DNA of 64,000 nt, from the IMG/VR virus record IMGVR_UViG_3300046791_000269, positions 2,954 through 66,953 of that record. One strand, 5' to 3'. The notes beneath the pieces were generated by a model. It did not search any database. It was not told the DNA's origin and was given only the letters and a program-made list of their open reading frames with translations. A program made the position numbers and the translations under genes. This DNA is from a virus. Positions 9,162-18,069 of the stretch are shown here, one piece after another. The number at the start of each line of letters is the position of its first letter. The stretch's first letter is position 1.

Positions 9162-9800
9162 CTACGGCCCCAGCGTCACGCGGAGGCCAACGAGGCGGCC
9201 GTCCGTGGTGGAGTTTGCGCCAGTCTCTCCCGTGAGTTTCACGTAGAGTTCCTCGTCCGTGTCGATGACCTCGGTCAGGCCAGTCAGCGAAATCAGGTGG
9301 ACAGTCTGGTAGGTGCCGAGGACTGCGGTCGGGTCCGTAACCGTCGACACGAGCGTCGAGCCGCCGGCTGTGCCGCCGATCGTGATGCTTCCCTTGTAGA
9401 GCGAGATCGTCGGCTTCGTACCGATCGAGACGTTCACCGTGTTCGCGTTGAACCAGTAGGCGTCGACGCCTGTGACCTTGCGGCCAACCGGGAGAACCCC
9501 CGAGAGCGGGAAGGAAACGTTTCCGACGCCGGCAACGCTGGTCTGCGTCCAATATGTGCGGTTGGACGAAAGGTTGATCGCGAAGTTGCCGCCTGAGTCG
9601 ATGCCCGCGGTTAGCGGAATGCGAAAGACCGGCGCGTCCGGGTTCCAGAAGAGCTTCAGCCGTTGCGTGCGGTCGACGATCTCCTGAAACGCGGCCACGA
9701 CTTCGCCACTCCAAACGGCGCTGTCGGTGCCGTTCGATGGGACGGCGAGGCCGGTCGTAAAATCGGCATTCGCATGGTTCTCCGTCAAAGCGGTTGTCAT
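9162..9800 (-). CDS. Tail fiber / baseplate-attached protein (212 aa)
   Basis: Position in the tail module. Confidence 0.5.
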   Translation of the reverse strand: MTTALTENHANADFTTGLAVPSNGTDSAVWSGEVVAAFQEIVDRTQRLKLFWNPDAPVFRIPLTAGIDSGGNFAINLSSNRTYWTQTSVAGVGNVSFPLSGVLPVGRKVTGVDAYWFNANTVNVSIGTKPTISLYKGSITIGGTAGGSTLVSTVTDPTAVLGTYQTVHLISLTGLTEVIDTDEELYVKLTGETGANSTTDGRLVGLRVTLGP

Positions 9801-9813
9801 TGATGCTTTTCTT

Positions 9814-10581
9814 TCAGGCGAGCGGCAGCGGGATCTCTGTCCCGCCGCCCCAGATCACTCCGGCCGATCCCCACGTGCCGCCGGATTGTCCCCAGTTGAT
9901 TTGAATCCCCTGCTTCAGAACGAGCCCGCGGCAGATCCATCGCGATGGTTTCCATTTGCGAATGATCCTGATGACCGTGCGCCGGAACTCGGGGGAGTAG
10001 CCGACGGGTCCCCAGACGCCGTCGTAGGTATCGCCCCAGACGAACGTTCCCCAGGGGATCGGCGGGCCAACAACGGGGTGATAACCGGAGTTGAAGACCA
10101 CCCAGAACTGGGACCAGTACGGGGCCGGCTCGCCACGAGGTCCAGGCTCGGACGGGCGGAGCAGGATGTACGTTCCGACATCGCCCCACGCGTAGCCTGT
10201 GGTGCCCCAGGGGAGCCCCGACTCGCCCCACGCTGGAGCCGTAACGGTCGGGCCGAAACCCGCGGCGCGTAGCTGCTCGTTGATGACCGTGTCCGAGCCG
10301 CCGAACGAGTAGATCGTCCAGGCGCTGTCGAGCCGGTTGCGGTGCTGCTCTGGAGACTCGAGCGAGTACCGGTCGAGTCGCCGGTCTTTCGCGATGACCG
10401 GCAGAATGTCGTCGGGGCTCTCCGGATCGTCGAGGAGATGCATCCTCGACGCGAGCGTCTGCGTTTCTTGCGCAGTGTCCGCCGTGACACCGACGAGAAC
10501 GCCGAAGAAGGCACCGGCTAGCTCCGCCCGCTCGTCGCTGTTCGACCAGGACTCTACGAGGTCGGTGAACGTGGCGGCCAT
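9814..10581 (-). CDS. Baseplate / tail protein (P2 gpI-like position), 255 aa, Trp/Gly-rich
   Basis: Immediately downstream of the baseplate J-like gene. Confidence 0.5.
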   Translation of the reverse strand: MAATFTDLVESWSNSDERAELAGAFFGVLVGVTADTAQETQTLASRMHLLDDPESPDDILPVIAKDRRLDRYSLESPEQHRNRLDSAWTIYSFGGSDTVINEQLRAAGFGPTVTAPAWGESGLPWGTTGYAWGDVGTYILLRPSEPGPRGEPAPYWSQFWVVFNSGYHPVVGPPIPWGTFVWGDTYDGVWGPVGYSPEFRRTVIRIIRKWKPSRWICRGLVLKQGIQINWGQSGGTWGSAGVIWGGGTEIPLPLA

Positions 10582-10585
10582 TGGG

Positions 10586-11767
10586 CTAGCCGTTGATCGC
10601 TTGGTAGACGATGCCCGGGGTGTTCAGGCGAGCGCGGGCTCGAGCGGGAACGGGGATGTTCGCTGCCGGCGTGGTGAGCACGACCGTCGACGACTTGAGC
10701 GTCAGCGTTTCGATCGTCGTGCGGATGACCGACTCGATGTCGTTGATCGGAATGATGTCTTGAGGCCCGGGACTGAAATCGAACCCGCCGAGCGGGACGC
10801 GGCGAACGTAGGCCAGCAGTGCCGCCTCAACCGCCGTCTGGACCTCGGCTTGGGTGAAGTTCCCGGAGTAGTAGGCCGTGCCGACGATGTCGACACCGAG
10901 CTCGGGCGCCTTCTTGACTTGGACCGTGGCGTCCATGCCGAACACGTATCGGCGGACGAGCGCCTGAGCGAGAGCAACGTCCGTATCACTCGCTGTCGCG
11001 TCGAGGCCGGCGATGTACACGTCGAACGTGCCCGCGCCGCGTGGGTTCGTTGAGTCCACCGACGTGGCGATGATGCTCGAGGATGCCGCCAAGCAAAGCG
11101 CCTCAACGGCCTCGTCGATGATCTCGAAACCAGAGAGGAGCGCCCATTTGGACGTATTCCGCTCGTCCAGTCTGTCGTCGCTTTCCTCGTCGACGCCCGC
11201 AAGGAAGAGCGAGTGGGCGGTGATGCTCACGCCGGCAAGGGTCGTGTCGAGCGCGAGGGTGACTTGGTCGACGGAGACGGCGTTCCCGATGTTGGCCTGC
11301 GCGCCGGCAACCTGGGACTCGAAAAGGAGCGTTTGGGTCCCGCCGCTCGCGAGGACCACCGGGTAGACGATCGAGTTGCCCTCGACGTTCCGGTAGGTGT
11401 GGCCATCCGCGTGGAAGATGACCACGTCGCCGAGGTTGATCGTGTGCGGCCCGGCTGATGCGAGGCACGAGAGCGTCGCGAGATGCTGCGAGGCAACGGC
11501 GTCCGCGCGCGTATTCTTGAAGAAGCCGCTACTGGTCCGGGTGAGCGCCTCGCCGGTCGCCGTGGCGGACTGGAACGCGTTCTTTAGGAGGACCGAAATC
11601 TTGCTAAGGCGCGCCTCCGCCTCGGCTTGCATCTTGATCAGGGTCGAGACGATAGAGCCTTCCTGAAAGCTCGTGGCGGTAAAGCCGGAGTCGTCCAGCA
11701 TCTCGAGCAGGCGCTGCTCGGACTGGGACTCGCTCACTTCCGCAATGTCGGACCACAGGAGCTCCAT
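10586..11767 (-). CDS. Baseplate J-like protein (gp47/gpJ family)
   Basis: Size and sequence character of the Baseplate_J family; sits in the baseplate cluster. Confidence 0.65.
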   Translation of the reverse strand: MELLWSDIAEVSESQSEQRLLEMLDDSGFTATSFQEGSIVSTLIKMQAEAEARLSKISVLLKNAFQSATATGEALTRTSSGFFKNTRADAVASQHLATLSCLASAGPHTINLGDVVIFHADGHTYRNVEGNSIVYPVVLASGGTQTLLFESQVAGAQANIGNAVSVDQVTLALDTTLAGVSITAHSLFLAGVDEESDDRLDERNTSKWALLSGFEIIDEAVEALCLAASSSIIATSVDSTNPRGAGTFDVYIAGLDATASDTDVALAQALVRRYVFGMDATVQVKKAPELGVDIVGTAYYSGNFTQAEVQTAVEAALLAYVRRVPLGGFDFSPGPQDIIPINDIESVIRTTIETLTLKSSTVVLTTPAANIPVPARARARLNTPGIVYQAING

Positions 11768-12163
11768 TTAGGTAGTCGCCCTGAGTGCCACGAGCGTTCC
11801 GGCTGCTTGCGTGATGTCCATGGTGAACTGAAAGTTTCGAGCGGCTGAGCTGGCGGCGGCGACGACGAGGCGCAGGCGTCGGCCACCGTCAAGAACCTCA
11901 ACGGCTGCGTCGACCGCGTCGACCTGCTCGTCCTTGGCGATCTCGGCTTTCGCGTCCTGGACGATTCGCCACGGTGGAACCTTCGAGAGGAGGTACTGGC
12001 GGAGATCGGTCCCGTACTGTGGCCACCAAGGCTTGGTGCCGCGCCGGGTCGTGAGTCGGCGTCGGAGCCGCTGGGCCACGGCGAGCACACCGGAGACCTC
12101 CGGGGCGTGCGCCTGCATGTCGCCGTCCAGGGCGAGATCCAGCGTCTCTGCAAGGGTTCCCAT
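11768..12163 (-). CDS. Baseplate wedge protein (gpW/gp25-like)
   Basis: 131 aa, immediately upstream of the J-like gene, as in P2/Mu baseplate clusters. Confidence 0.5.
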   Translation of the reverse strand: MGTLAETLDLALDGDMQAHAPEVSGVLAVAQRLRRRLTTRRGTKPWWPQYGTDLRQYLLSKVPPWRIVQDAKAEIAKDEQVDAVDAAVEVLDGGRRLRLVVAAASSAARNFQFTMDITQAAGTLVALRATT

Positions 12164-12272
12164 GGGTTATGGGCGGCCTTGCGGAGCGGCCAATGAGGGC
12201 GCAGACTGGACGTAGTTGGCCCCACGCCGCGCAAACGGCTGGGGCCCGGTCCGAACTACAAGGAGTCCGAAC

Positions 12273-12851
12273 ATGTCGAGTCTACAGAAGTTGGTCATTG
12301 CCGCAACGTTGGGGTTGATTGGGTGCGCATCCGCGCCACCGCCTGCACCGGTCACGGTCCAGCGCGTCGTCTACGTCTACGTTCCCGAGAAGAGCGGTCC
12401 GCCCGTTCCGCCAGGCCCACCGATCGCCGAGTCGCCGCTACTCGTCGCCGCGCAAGCGCAACGGGTGGAGCACTACGACGCGATCGAGAGCGTCAGGCCG
12501 CCGCCGGTCGCTGAGGTGAGCTACGTTCCGAGCTACGGCTACGTAGACAGTTGGGTCGACCCGTACCCGTACAACGGGGGCGTCGTCATCGTTGCCGATG
12601 TCCACGGCCACCATGGGCATCACCACGGACACGATCATGGGCACGACCACGTCCAGCACCACGGAGCGAGCGGGCATCACGGGAACGGTCACGGCTCCCA
12701 TGCTGGGAGCGGCAGTCACCATCAGTCACGTCCGAGCCATCACGGGTCGGGGCGTTCACGCGGAATGCTTGAGCGTGCCGCTGGGCGCTGCATGGATAGG
12801 GCTACGGAGTGGTCGAGGAATCAGTGTTTGAGCGGGACGGCGAGTCGGTGA
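12273..12851 (+). CDS. Histidine-rich lipoprotein (moron)
   Basis: AAGGAG RBS; MSSLQKLVIAATLGLIGCAS signal with lipobox; HGHHGHHHGHDHGHDH..HH run. Confidence 0.6.
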   Translation: MSSLQKLVIAATLGLIGCASAPPPAPVTVQRVVYVYVPEKSGPPVPPGPPIAESPLLVAAQAQRVEHYDAIESVRPPPVAEVSYVPSYGYVDSWVDPYPYNGGVVIVADVHGHHGHHHGHDHGHDHVQHHGASGHHGNGHGSHAGSGSHHQSRPSHHGSGRSRGMLERAAGRCMDRATEWSRNQCLSGTASR

Positions 12852-13108
12852 CTCTAAAAGCTAGACGATGGGTTTGGACCCTCGAGACGCCGGAATTCGT
12901 CCGCTTGGAAGATGTCGAGGTTCCGGTGGGCTTCATCAGCGATCTCAAGATGATCCGGGAACGTGTCTATGACCGGCGGCGGAGCCCGTTCCCAGTCGAT
13001 CTCAAGCTCGTTCGCTGCGAATTCACGAGCATGGACGGCTGCCACAATTCCGACAGCATCGCCACGTTCTGCTTCGGTCACGACAGGGCCGGCTGGCGCT
13101 CAGCATGA
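12809..13108 (+). CDS. Hypothetical protein (99 aa)
   Basis: Plausible composition within the + strand block. Confidence 0.4.
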   Translation: MVEESVFERDGESVTLKARRWVWTLETPEFVRLEDVEVPVGFISDLKMIRERVYDRRRSPFPVDLKLVRCEFTSMDGCHNSDSIATFCFGHDRAGWRSA

Positions 13109-13662
13109 GCGCCGCTGACGTGATCCTGGGGAAGTACCGGCTAACACCGGAACTCCGCGAGCGCCTACGAACCAGCGTTCTTGACTTTGCGAGTAAGCGC
13201 GGGATCGAGGAATTCGAACTCAAGAGGCTAGCTGCCGAACTCGAGGCTCTCGTTGAGGAGGGGCCCCCGGTGCCGAAGCCGGCGGCTGTCACCATGTTCG
13301 ACCTAGATAACCGCGTCCTTAGGACGACCATAACAATACCCGGCGGCACACTCACAGCCGAACAGGCCGCCGAGATTCTCACTGGTGAGCGTGAGGACAG
13401 GACCGAGGAGCTTTGCGCGGCGTTCTGGCTAGCGCACGGGAGGCCGATCCTAGTCGGTCGCAACGAGGCGAGCATGATGTGCTCGTTCTGCAAGCTCGAT
13501 CTTGAGTCAAGCGGCGGACCGATCGATCTCGAGTACGCCAAGACGCGAGCGAGGGGCTTCGCTGCTCATACTGATCTGAAACCAGAAGCCGCAATGGTTG
13601 CCGTCGGGACATTCGACGGGACGCTCGCGGTGAGGTTTATGCCGAAACCTGAGGACTGGTGA
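13105..13662 (+). CDS. Hypothetical protein (185 aa)
   Basis: ATGA-type coupling to neighbouring genes. Confidence 0.45.
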   Translation: MSAADVILGKYRLTPELRERLRTSVLDFASKRGIEEFELKRLAAELEALVEEGPPVPKPAAVTMFDLDNRVLRTTITIPGGTLTAEQAAEILTGEREDRTEELCAAFWLAHGRPILVGRNEASMMCSFCKLDLESSGGPIDLEYAKTRARGFAAHTDLKPEAAMVAVGTFDGTLAVRFMPKPEDW

Positions 13663-13895
13663 GCCTCTCCGCCATCGTCCGCAGCCTATTCTGCCGTCAC
13701 GAATTCGTCGAGCGCGGCACGTTCAAGCGCGGGAACTGGTGGAGCGTTCTCGAATGCGAGAAGTGCCACGCGGTGAAGCGTGAGAAGATGCTGCCGACGC
13801 CGGTTCTATACGGGTACGACGGGCCTACCCGGAAGACGGAACTAACGATCGACGAGCTGCGGGAGTATCTGCGGAGCCCCGACGAAACCCGATGA
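13659..13895 (+). CDS. Small Cys/His zinc-ribbon-like protein (78 aa)
   Basis: CRHEF..CEKCH. Confidence 0.45.
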   Translation: MSLSAIVRSLFCRHEFVERGTFKRGNWWSVLECEKCHAVKREKMLPTPVLYGYDGPTRKTELTIDELREYLRSPDETR

Positions 13896-13935
13896 TTTCT
13901 ACGTTAATTTGCATCCACCCAAGAAAAGGTCTCAC

Positions 13936-14418
13936 ATGACGAACATGAAGCTCATCGGCGTTCTGCTCACGCTCTCTGTCTTTGGCTGCGGTGCTCCAGG
14001 GGAGGAGCCACTTGGAACCGAGCAGCTACCGCTTCCGGTAACGGCGAGCGCGCCGTGCATTCGGGTTACCTGCGACCAGGCGACATGCAACGGCCGGCTA
14101 ACCATCTCGCAGACGGTGCCGGTGGTAACCGGGAACGTAGAGACGTGGAGCGTCATCCACGTGAACGCGGCCCAGACGGAGGCGGAGAACTTGCTACCGT
14201 CCACCGTGCTCACCCAATCACCGGGGAGCGTGACTACCGTCACGCCCATGACGGGGTTCCGGATGAACGACTACGTTTGCGTCCTCACGAGCGTCGTGGT
14301 TCGCAACGCAGCTGGGAACGTCATTGGCGCCCAGAGCGCGCCGGTTGTTTCGGACGGTGGCGGCGGGTTCCGGTTGTCGTTGCAGCCTAGCAGCGTGACG
14401 GCCACCGTCGCGCCATGA
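13936..14418 (+). CDS. Secreted lipoprotein (moron)
   Basis: MKLIGVLLTLSVFGCGA signal with lipobox; RBS AAAAGG. Confidence 0.55.
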   Translation: MTNMKLIGVLLTLSVFGCGAPGEEPLGTEQLPLPVTASAPCIRVTCDQATCNGRLTISQTVPVVTGNVETWSVIHVNAAQTEAENLLPSTVLTQSPGSVTTVTPMTGFRMNDYVCVLTSVVVRNAAGNVIGAQSAPVVSDGGGGFRLSLQPSSVTATVAP

Positions 14419-14549
14419 GCGCCCCGGACTTCATCATCACGTTCCGCTGGCTCTGGACACAGCCGTGGCGCGGACGCGTTGTCATAGCCTACCGATTCGA
14501 GCATGAGCCGGAGAATGTTTTGCGGCTTGCGTGGGCGCACTGGTGAACT
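14415..14549 (+). CDS. Small hypothetical protein (44 aa)
   Basis: ATGA overlap with the upstream gene. Below the ORF track size cutoff. Confidence 0.3.
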
Positions 14550-14563
14550 GCTAGGCTGGCCCC

Positions 14564-14683
14564 ATGGGCTCGCTCGCTCCGATCCACTTCGTCTTGCTGG
14601 CGGTGCTCTGCCTGCCGGTCGTGGTCATTGTCCTGCTCATCCGGCTTCTGTACAACCTGGGCGGGAAACGGGACGAGCGCTAG
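14564..14683 (+). CDS. Small single-pass membrane peptide (39 aa)
   Basis: Hydrophobic run IHFVLLAVLCLPVVVIVLLI. Shares a CTAG stop overlap with the convergent gene 14680-15210. Confidence 0.35.
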   Translation: MGSLAPIHFVLLAVLCLPVVVIVLLIRLLYNLGGKRDER

Positions 14684-15210
14684 GACGCGAACAGGGCCTC
14701 GAGCGCCACGATCGTCCCATTATCTGCTGCGATGAGCGCGAAAGCCGTGCCAAGTTGCGAAGGCCCGGACCCGCCGGGAACGCCGCTGCTGGTCAGCCCG
14801 GATAGGTCAGCGCCCATTGCGCCGATCTCCCCGTCCATTCGGTAGAGATGAACGCCGGCAGTGCTGAGGATGGTCTGGAGTTGCGCCAACGCGGCCAACT
14901 GAGCCTCGAGCGCAATCACGATCGCCCCGAGCTCTATGACAAGCTGGGCCGCAACGCCAGCACTCGCGCCTACCGTTGGGCCCGTGAGAGCCGCCTGAAC
15001 TGACGCCGCTGCCGCTGCCGCGAGGGTGGCGACGGACGCAATACTTGGCGGGCTGATGGTAACTGCCGCCGCCGCCTGGACCGCTCCAGCGAGCCGAGCC
15101 TCCGCGGGAATTAGCGCCGCGTTCGCCGTGGCCGATGCCGTAGCGACCGCTACGGCCGCAAAGGGGACCGCGCCGCCAACAGTGAACCCGCCGATGTATT
15201 GGCCAGACAT
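14680..15210 (-). CDS. Ala-rich tail/baseplate protein (176 aa)
   Basis: Position in the tail module. Confidence 0.45.
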   Translation of the reverse strand: MSGQYIGGFTVGGAVPFAAVAVATASATANAALIPAEARLAGAVQAAAAVTISPPSIASVATLAAAAAASVQAALTGPTVGASAGVAAQLVIELGAIVIALEAQLAALAQLQTILSTAGVHLYRMDGEIGAMGADLSGLTSSGVPGGSGPSQLGTAFALIAADNGTIVALEALFAS

Positions 15211-15211
15211 G

Positions 15212-15520
15212 CTAGGGCGCCGCTGTGTGGCAAACGGAAACCACGTAATTCCCGCCGCCGGTTGTGCCGAAGAATCGTCCCGTCAGTGACCCGTTCGTCG
15301 CGCAGTTTATGTCGAAGAGCCCGGCACCCGCGAGCCGCGTTGTCGGGTTCCAGGTGAATACGTCGCCCGCCTGCGCCCATGGGAGCCCGGAGACGGTAAC
15401 GTCGCCGAACGATGCGGTTAGTGCGCCGACGGGGAAAATGACCGTGTAGACATCGCGCGTGAGTGTCTTCGTTGAACCCGGAAGCGGTGAAGTGCCACTG
15501 AATCCTACTATTCCGGACAT
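15212..15520 (-). CDS. Small baseplate/spike-associated protein (102 aa)
   Basis: Lies just downstream of the hub protein gene. Confidence 0.45.
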   Translation of the reverse strand: MSGIVGFSGTSPLPGSTKTLTRDVYTVIFPVGALTASFGDVTVSGLPWAQAGDVFTWNPTTRLAGAGLFDINCATNGSLTGRFFGTTGGGNYVVSVCHTAAP

Positions 15521-17367
15521 CAGATGATGTTCTGGTCGTTACCAGTCTCGATGAAGCCGAAGCAGGGGAACGGAACCGGTGGACCGGGCGCTGGCATCGG
15601 CACGAACGGGAGAATCACGCGAACCATCGAGCCGAGGCCAGCAGCTGGGCGAGTGCCGCCCGGGTAGGTGATGACCGCGTCGTCAGCAGCCGTGCTGCTC
15701 TCCCAAGAGTCAACGTATGGGAGCGCCGGATCGCCGTCGTCCCAGCCAACAAGGCATCGAGCGCCGCCCGGAACTTCCATGCGCGTGCCGGGAATTCCAA
15801 CACGAACGCGGCACTTCTGAATGCCCCGCCCCTTCATCCGCTCATCGTCAACCAACACGTCAACGCGGCCGTCGCTGCCCTGGCTTACGACCTTGCAGCG
15901 GTAGCGCTTGAAATACTGTGAATCCTGCCGAATCGGCTCGAGCGCCCGCTCCATCACGGAGCGAATGCCATCAGAGCGGAGTTCAGTCCGGAGCCCGCCG
16001 CGGCTCAGCCGGTGCGTGACCTCCTCGACCCGTTGGCCACGGACGACGATCCCGGGGACCATCGACGGCGTGTCAGGCGCGAGCAGGATGACGCCGTCAC
16101 CCCAGTCGTCGTCTTGAACGATGCCGTCCGGTTCAACCTCGGGCCACTCGTCTACGCCGATCCAGACGGTGCCATCGCGGAGGACCCGCCAGACCGCACC
16201 GATCTTCTCGCAGATGCGATCCAGCGCTCGCCGGCCCGGTCCTTTGACCCGCTGCCAAGCGTCGATCTGTTTGGCGAGTAGCTCGGTGTTCGACTCGGCG
16301 GAAAGCGTCTCGCCAGCGTCTCGGAGGATGTCATCGACGACCGTCTTGGCCCTCGTGACCCCGCCTCCGTAGTTCCGCGGCTCGAGATCGTGGGAGAGGC
16401 CGCCAGCCCCGCCAACGACGCGAACCTTTGTCCGCCCGCTTTGCGACCGCCCCGAGCGAGCCGGCACAGCCGACCCGCGAAACTCGATGCCCTCAATCTC
16501 GAACGTGAACGGACCGGTCGGTGGCTCGGCGTCCACGGCTAGCTGGTCGACCGAAACCGTGGCATTCCACTCGCCGCGGCGCGGCATGGTGACCGTCGTG
16601 TCGAGTACGAGCTCACCCGATGCGTGAGGGAAGCCCGGCGACGGACCGAATGAGGACCGGAACGACTGCTCGAGCGCCTCGCCAATCTTCGGCGAAACCT
16701 CGGCCTTGACCGTCTCCTGCTTCTGGACGGACAGGCCAGAGCCGGCCAGTGCGTCGGCGAGCAAGCCGTCGAGTTGAACTCGGATGTCTCGGGAGGCGCT
16801 GACGTTGATCTTCGCCGTAGTCGGGTCGAAAACGGTGATTCCGGCGGTCAGACCCGGTATACCCCTGGGATCGATTCCGGCCTTGAGCGTGACGCCAGCG
16901 AGTGGCGTGCCCTGGTTGCCGGCCTTGACGGTGCCACCTGGTGTGCCAAGTGCGGCACCGAGGCTGATGCCGCCCTGGACGCCGCCAGAGGCACCGAGAG
17001 AGACTTTGCCGCCCGCGCTACCGGACGCTCCGCCCGATACGCTTACGCCGCCAGTGGCGCTACCTGACGCCCCAGCGCCTGCCGTGCCGCCGATGCCGAC
17101 CCCCGTCTCCCTGGTGATCCCGAGGGCCACCGAAAGCTTGGAACGGACGCTGGTTTTGAGCGCGCCCGTGAGCGAGGCGAGCTTTGCCGCGTCGAAATGT
17201 AGACCCAGCTCCCCCTTGACGATGCCGGGGAGCTTCTGATCGATCGATGCGCCGAGCTTCTGATTGACGGCCCTCCGCTCCTCAATCGTGAGCGTCCCCG
17301 TGTTCGGCTCGAGCGAGACCGAGGCGGACTGCTCCCGCGAGATGCTGAGGCCGACGGTTTGGGGCAT
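15520..17367 (-). CDS. Baseplate hub / tail-associated protein (gpD/VgrG-like), 615 aa
   Basis: Large protein between the tape measure protein and baseplate genes, with a Gly-rich central region. Confidence 0.5.
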   Translation of the reverse strand: MPQTVGLSISREQSASVSLEPNTGTLTIEERRAVNQKLGASIDQKLPGIVKGELGLHFDAAKLASLTGALKTSVRSKLSVALGITRETGVGIGGTAGAGASGSATGGVSVSGGASGSAGGKVSLGASGGVQGGISLGAALGTPGGTVKAGNQGTPLAGVTLKAGIDPRGIPGLTAGITVFDPTTAKINVSASRDIRVQLDGLLADALAGSGLSVQKQETVKAEVSPKIGEALEQSFRSSFGPSPGFPHASGELVLDTTVTMPRRGEWNATVSVDQLAVDAEPPTGPFTFEIEGIEFRGSAVPARSGRSQSGRTKVRVVGGAGGLSHDLEPRNYGGGVTRAKTVVDDILRDAGETLSAESNTELLAKQIDAWQRVKGPGRRALDRICEKIGAVWRVLRDGTVWIGVDEWPEVEPDGIVQDDDWGDGVILLAPDTPSMVPGIVVRGQRVEEVTHRLSRGGLRTELRSDGIRSVMERALEPIRQDSQYFKRYRCKVVSQGSDGRVDVLVDDERMKGRGIQKCRVRVGIPGTRMEVPGGARCLVGWDDGDPALPYVDSWESSTAADDAVITYPGGTRPAAGLGSMVRVILPFVPMPAPGPPVPFPCFGFIETGNDQNII

Positions 17368-17370
17368 GGG

Positions 17371-18069
17371 CTAGAACGTCTCGCCCATCCGGCGCAAACG
17401 GTGGTTGCCGAACATGGTGTTGAATACGTTCTCGGCGGCCGACGGGTCCAGCGGCTTCAGCGTGTTCGGATCAACATCCGTCTGGGTGAACCGGGTCAGC
17501 GAGTCGATATGGTTGCCGTTAGCGTCCGTCTCGAGCCCAACCGTTCCGAGCTTGCCGCCACCGATCGCGATCGCTTCCGAAACGTGCGGGTAGTCGCGCG
17601 CGTCTTCGGGCTTGGTCTTCTTCGGCTGCGCTTTCGGCTTGTCGAACCACTCCTCGACTTTCCAGACAACACGGAACCCGCCCCTGGCCGTCGGCTGGTC
17701 CCCGCTGATCTTCAGGATCCGGATGTTCGTGATGCCGAGGAGGTTCGGCCAGGGGTGAACGATCTTGACTGGCGAGCGGTCACGGCCGGGCCTGCGCGGA
17801 TTCAGCACCTGGACGATGCGCTGGAACCCAACAAAGTGGCTCTCATTCATCCACTCGTGGATCTCGAACTTGGCCGGGTCGACGCCATTGTCTTTCGACG
17901 TTGGCTGGTCTGAACCCCTAGCCTTCTTGGTGTCGCACTCGATGCCAACGTCGAGGCCCTTGATCTCGCAGATCCCGGGCAGGACCTCACTTGCCATCTG
18001 CACGCTGTTCCAACTGTCGTCGGCGGCTCCGCCCGCGCCGGTCCAGCCGGGGATTTGTGCAGCGGCCAT
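17371..18069 (-). CDS. Tail protein (gpU / Mu gp43-position), 232 aa
   Basis: Directly downstream of the tape measure protein. Confidence 0.45.
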   Translation of the reverse strand: MAAAQIPGWTGAGGAADDSWNSVQMASEVLPGICEIKGLDVGIECDTKKARGSDQPTSKDNGVDPAKFEIHEWMNESHFVGFQRIVQVLNPRRPGRDRSPVKIVHPWPNLLGITNIRILKISGDQPTARGGFRVVWKVEEWFDKPKAQPKKTKPEDARDYPHVSEAIAIGGGKLGTVGLETDANGNHIDSLTRFTQTDVDPNTLKPLDPSAAENVFNTMFGNHRLRRMGETF

